From positions 372,001 to 436,000 of the forward strand of contig JAUPSS010000003.1 in NCBI GenBank assembly GCA_040285825.1: a stretch of 64,000 nt of DNA, given 5' to 3'. This stretch comes from Eukaryota sp. TZLM1-RC. Taxonomy: Eukaryota; Protista; Metamonada: BaSk clade. The position numbers and the translations under genes are program-made. Below, piece by piece: positions 61,401 to 64,000 of this stretch. How positions within the stretch are numbered: position 1 is the first letter of the stretch; each line of letters starts with the position of its first letter. Below the pieces are notes generated by a model, which had not been told where the DNA came from, ran no database searches, and worked only from the letters and a program-made list of their open reading frames with translations.

Positions 61401-64000
61401 GGAATGGTGTTGGCGTTGACTCCGTCCTTGCCACTATAATCACCAGTAAGGCGGGGCTTGCGGTGATCTGGGTAGACCACTAGACAGACAGGGAGCTGAA
61501 CTCATGGTTCGATGGGACAGCAAATCCTGAGTCTACGAGTTCGTCGAAAATTTGGTTAGCGACCTCTAACCTGGCTGGATTCAGGGTCCTGGGGGGTCTT
61601 CTAACTCTGACGTCTTCGTTGTAGAAGTTGATTTCCATGGGAGGGCAATCAATATTTTCAGCATGAGGCTTGAGGGTAAATACGTCTTCGAACTCTTTCA
61701 AGGTATGAAGTAGGGACTTCTTGAAATGGTCGTTGTCGAGGTTGATGGTACAACCAGATGAGTTGATGTGTTCCAACCAACGTGTGGAAACGTTGACGAC
61801 TTCTGAAGCTTGCGATATTCGATGGTCGAATTCGGCTTCAGGTAATAGTAATGTGCGACAGGCGTCGTCCATTCTAATATAAATGCCCTTGTTGTTCATC
61901 AGCCCAAGGTGACTCAACAAGTCAGCACCAATGAGAATGGTCTCATGTCCAGGAACGATGCTGAACTTGTGTTTCACGTGTACAATCTGGGAAACACTGC
62001 CTAGTCTAATGCTAAGGGTTCCAGAAGCAGTACCAAGGGACTGTGAGGTAGATCCATCAGCAATCTTGTATGATATGGTTTCGTTGGAACGTGCCATGTT
62101 ACAATTACTGATGACGTCTTCTGTGACTACTGAGCATGTTGCACCGGAGTCAATTATGCCTTTAACTTCGACATTGTTGATCAAGAAGTTTAATTGTAGG
62201 CAGTTGGTTGTGGACTTTATGGATTGTACCATAAATATTGTATCGGAATCATATTCAGCTTGTTCTGAGAAGAAATTAGCTTGAATGTTATGCGTCTTGG
62301 TATGTTCCAAGTTTGCCAAAGGATTGATTAGGGAATCTTTCCATGTTGTGTTTTCTGTGTGGGAATGTGTTGTAGTTGTAGGGGTATGGTTTCAAAACAG
62401 TGTAAATAGTGACGGGAACGTTTATTATATGATGAAGAGCCCTTGCCTCTGCCGCGAGTGCCTCTTCGGCTACGGAAACCAGAACCTCTAGAACCTCTGC
62501 CTCGAGCTTTGTGTTGAGCTTGTTGCTCTCTCCACTTTTTTGCTTCTTTGGCAGTCCTCACTAGGGCACCTTTCAGTCGGATGACCCATTTGTTTACAGA
62601 AATTGCATTGGACGTTGACATCAGACTGAGTGGAAGACGGTTGAGTAGAGCTTCCTTCTCGTCGTTGTTGTTTTGGGCGCCTGCCAGAGCTGGAACCTCT
62701 TGTTTTGGGGATAGCAGGGGGAGAAGGTACCGTCTGTCTGCGACGGTTCTCAGTCTGGAACGAGATTCTATTTTGATACAAGAAGTCCACGTGATTGATC
62801 TGCTCCTTAAAAGATCTAGCATTACAAAAGTTTTCGTATTCTATTTGGAGAACACTGAAAAATTCTCCTAGGGTGTGGCCATCTGAGTAATAATGGGAGG
62901 GATTGGACCAGATCCTGAGGAGTCTGTCCCTGATGATGGTAATACCGATGCTTTCAATAACGTGAGAGGCAATTTCCCATTCAGGAAGTCGGTCGACGGG
63001 GTTTCCGTGGATGGTGATGTGTCTCATTTGTTGAGTCAGACCACGAACGTCTTGGATAGCGGTGGAACGCGTTAAGACTCTGCCTATGTTAAGCATGAAG
63101 TCTATCCATCTGTTACCATAATCTCTCTCAGACCAATCCATGTGTACAGCATGAAGTGCGTCCAGGGCTTGATCCAGTCTACTGAATTGGGTTCTCCTTA
63201 GGATCTGTTCCCAAATTTTGCGTTCGTCTCTGCTGGTTGGGACCATGGCGGAGGAAATTGAAAGGCCAGTGCCTTGATACCTTAAAGCGTTGAGAGCTTC
63301 AGGTGTAACGCATTCAGCTAAGCCTCTGGGACTAATGCGCATGGCAGATCTGAAGAGATCCCATTCATGAATTGGTTCACTGTCGAACCGTTGATCAGAT
63401 GCCAGTTCTGCTGATCTAGCTAGTTCAAGTTCTTCGCGAAGTCTAGCAACTTCGCTGGCTAAAAGCAACTTGGGCAGGATCCTCGATGTTGCCTCTAGCC
63501 TCGTCTACAATTCTGTCCGTACGACTCCAGAGGATAAACTTGTTAACAAACTTGAGGAGTTTATCAACGTCTCTCAGATCAGTCGCGTCGAGAGTTGGAC
63601 GTTTAGGGCGGTCTCTGCGTCTGTTGTCTCTATCTCTTGATCCCACCATGGAAGATAGGAGAAGGTTACTATCGTAAGTACCTGAGAAAGTAGAACGTGA
63701 AGAACTAACCGTAGAAGGTGTTGGTTGAGCCGTGTGTTGTGAACTTGTTGAACCAGTGGAAGGAGGTGTGGGTGGAACCACTGATTGTTCCATAGGCTGT
63801 GTAGGTGCTGGAGTTTGTTCCATTGGTGCTAGCACAGTTGGAATTGAGTCTGGACTTGGGGACTCATCACTGACTTCTACTACAACATCCCCTTCAGTTT
63901 GTTCCATGGGAGGATTATGCGAGGATTCTGTAGAAGTTTCCATAGGTTGATCTGTGGAAGGTGGAACTTCGCGTTGGTGAGGTTCAGGAGAAAGTTCTAT
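58428..64000 (-). mobile_element. Element B2: duplicate of B1 (3' LTR 58428-58581), runs off the window
   Basis: Same insertion junction CCAGCTC|TGATGG; near-identical to 45720-51280. Confidence 0.95.

Noticed and set aside
1-64000. tRNA, rRNA, snRNA genes; short antisense ORFs in the track
   Set aside because: No recognisable RNA gene signatures by eye; the short ORFs are shadows of real genes or transposon sequence.

Overview
AT-rich, gene-sparse eukaryotic (protist-like) genomic window in the standard genetic code. Host genes are RPN1/PSMD2, a papain-family cathepsin with an extra N-terminal domain, TAF8, calcineurin A, an atypical Ser/Thr kinase, exportin-7 and a truncated CBP20 copy. 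Four introns of 28-31 nt can be reconstructed, all with a branch-like A fixed at -7. The intergenic space of the first 31 kb is tiled with debris of CRE-like RLE non-LTR retrotransposons and with at least six pieces of Fanzor1 (eukaryotic TnpB-like RNA-guided nuclease) from two subfamilies. Two different, strongly base-paired non-coding segments start exactly at Fanzor stop codons and are candidate omegaRNAs. One of them recurs without an ORF 90 bp upstream of TAF8. From about 35 kb to the end is a nest of Ty3/Gypsy LTR retrotransposons with 128-154 bp LTRs; in one family the start and stop codons lie inside the LTRs. A 12.7 kb unit of the nest is tandemly duplicated. Many frameshifts sit in homopolymers and differ between the duplicate copies, so some are probably long-read sequencing errors. 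All family assignments come from motif recognition by eye; no searches or folding programs were run.
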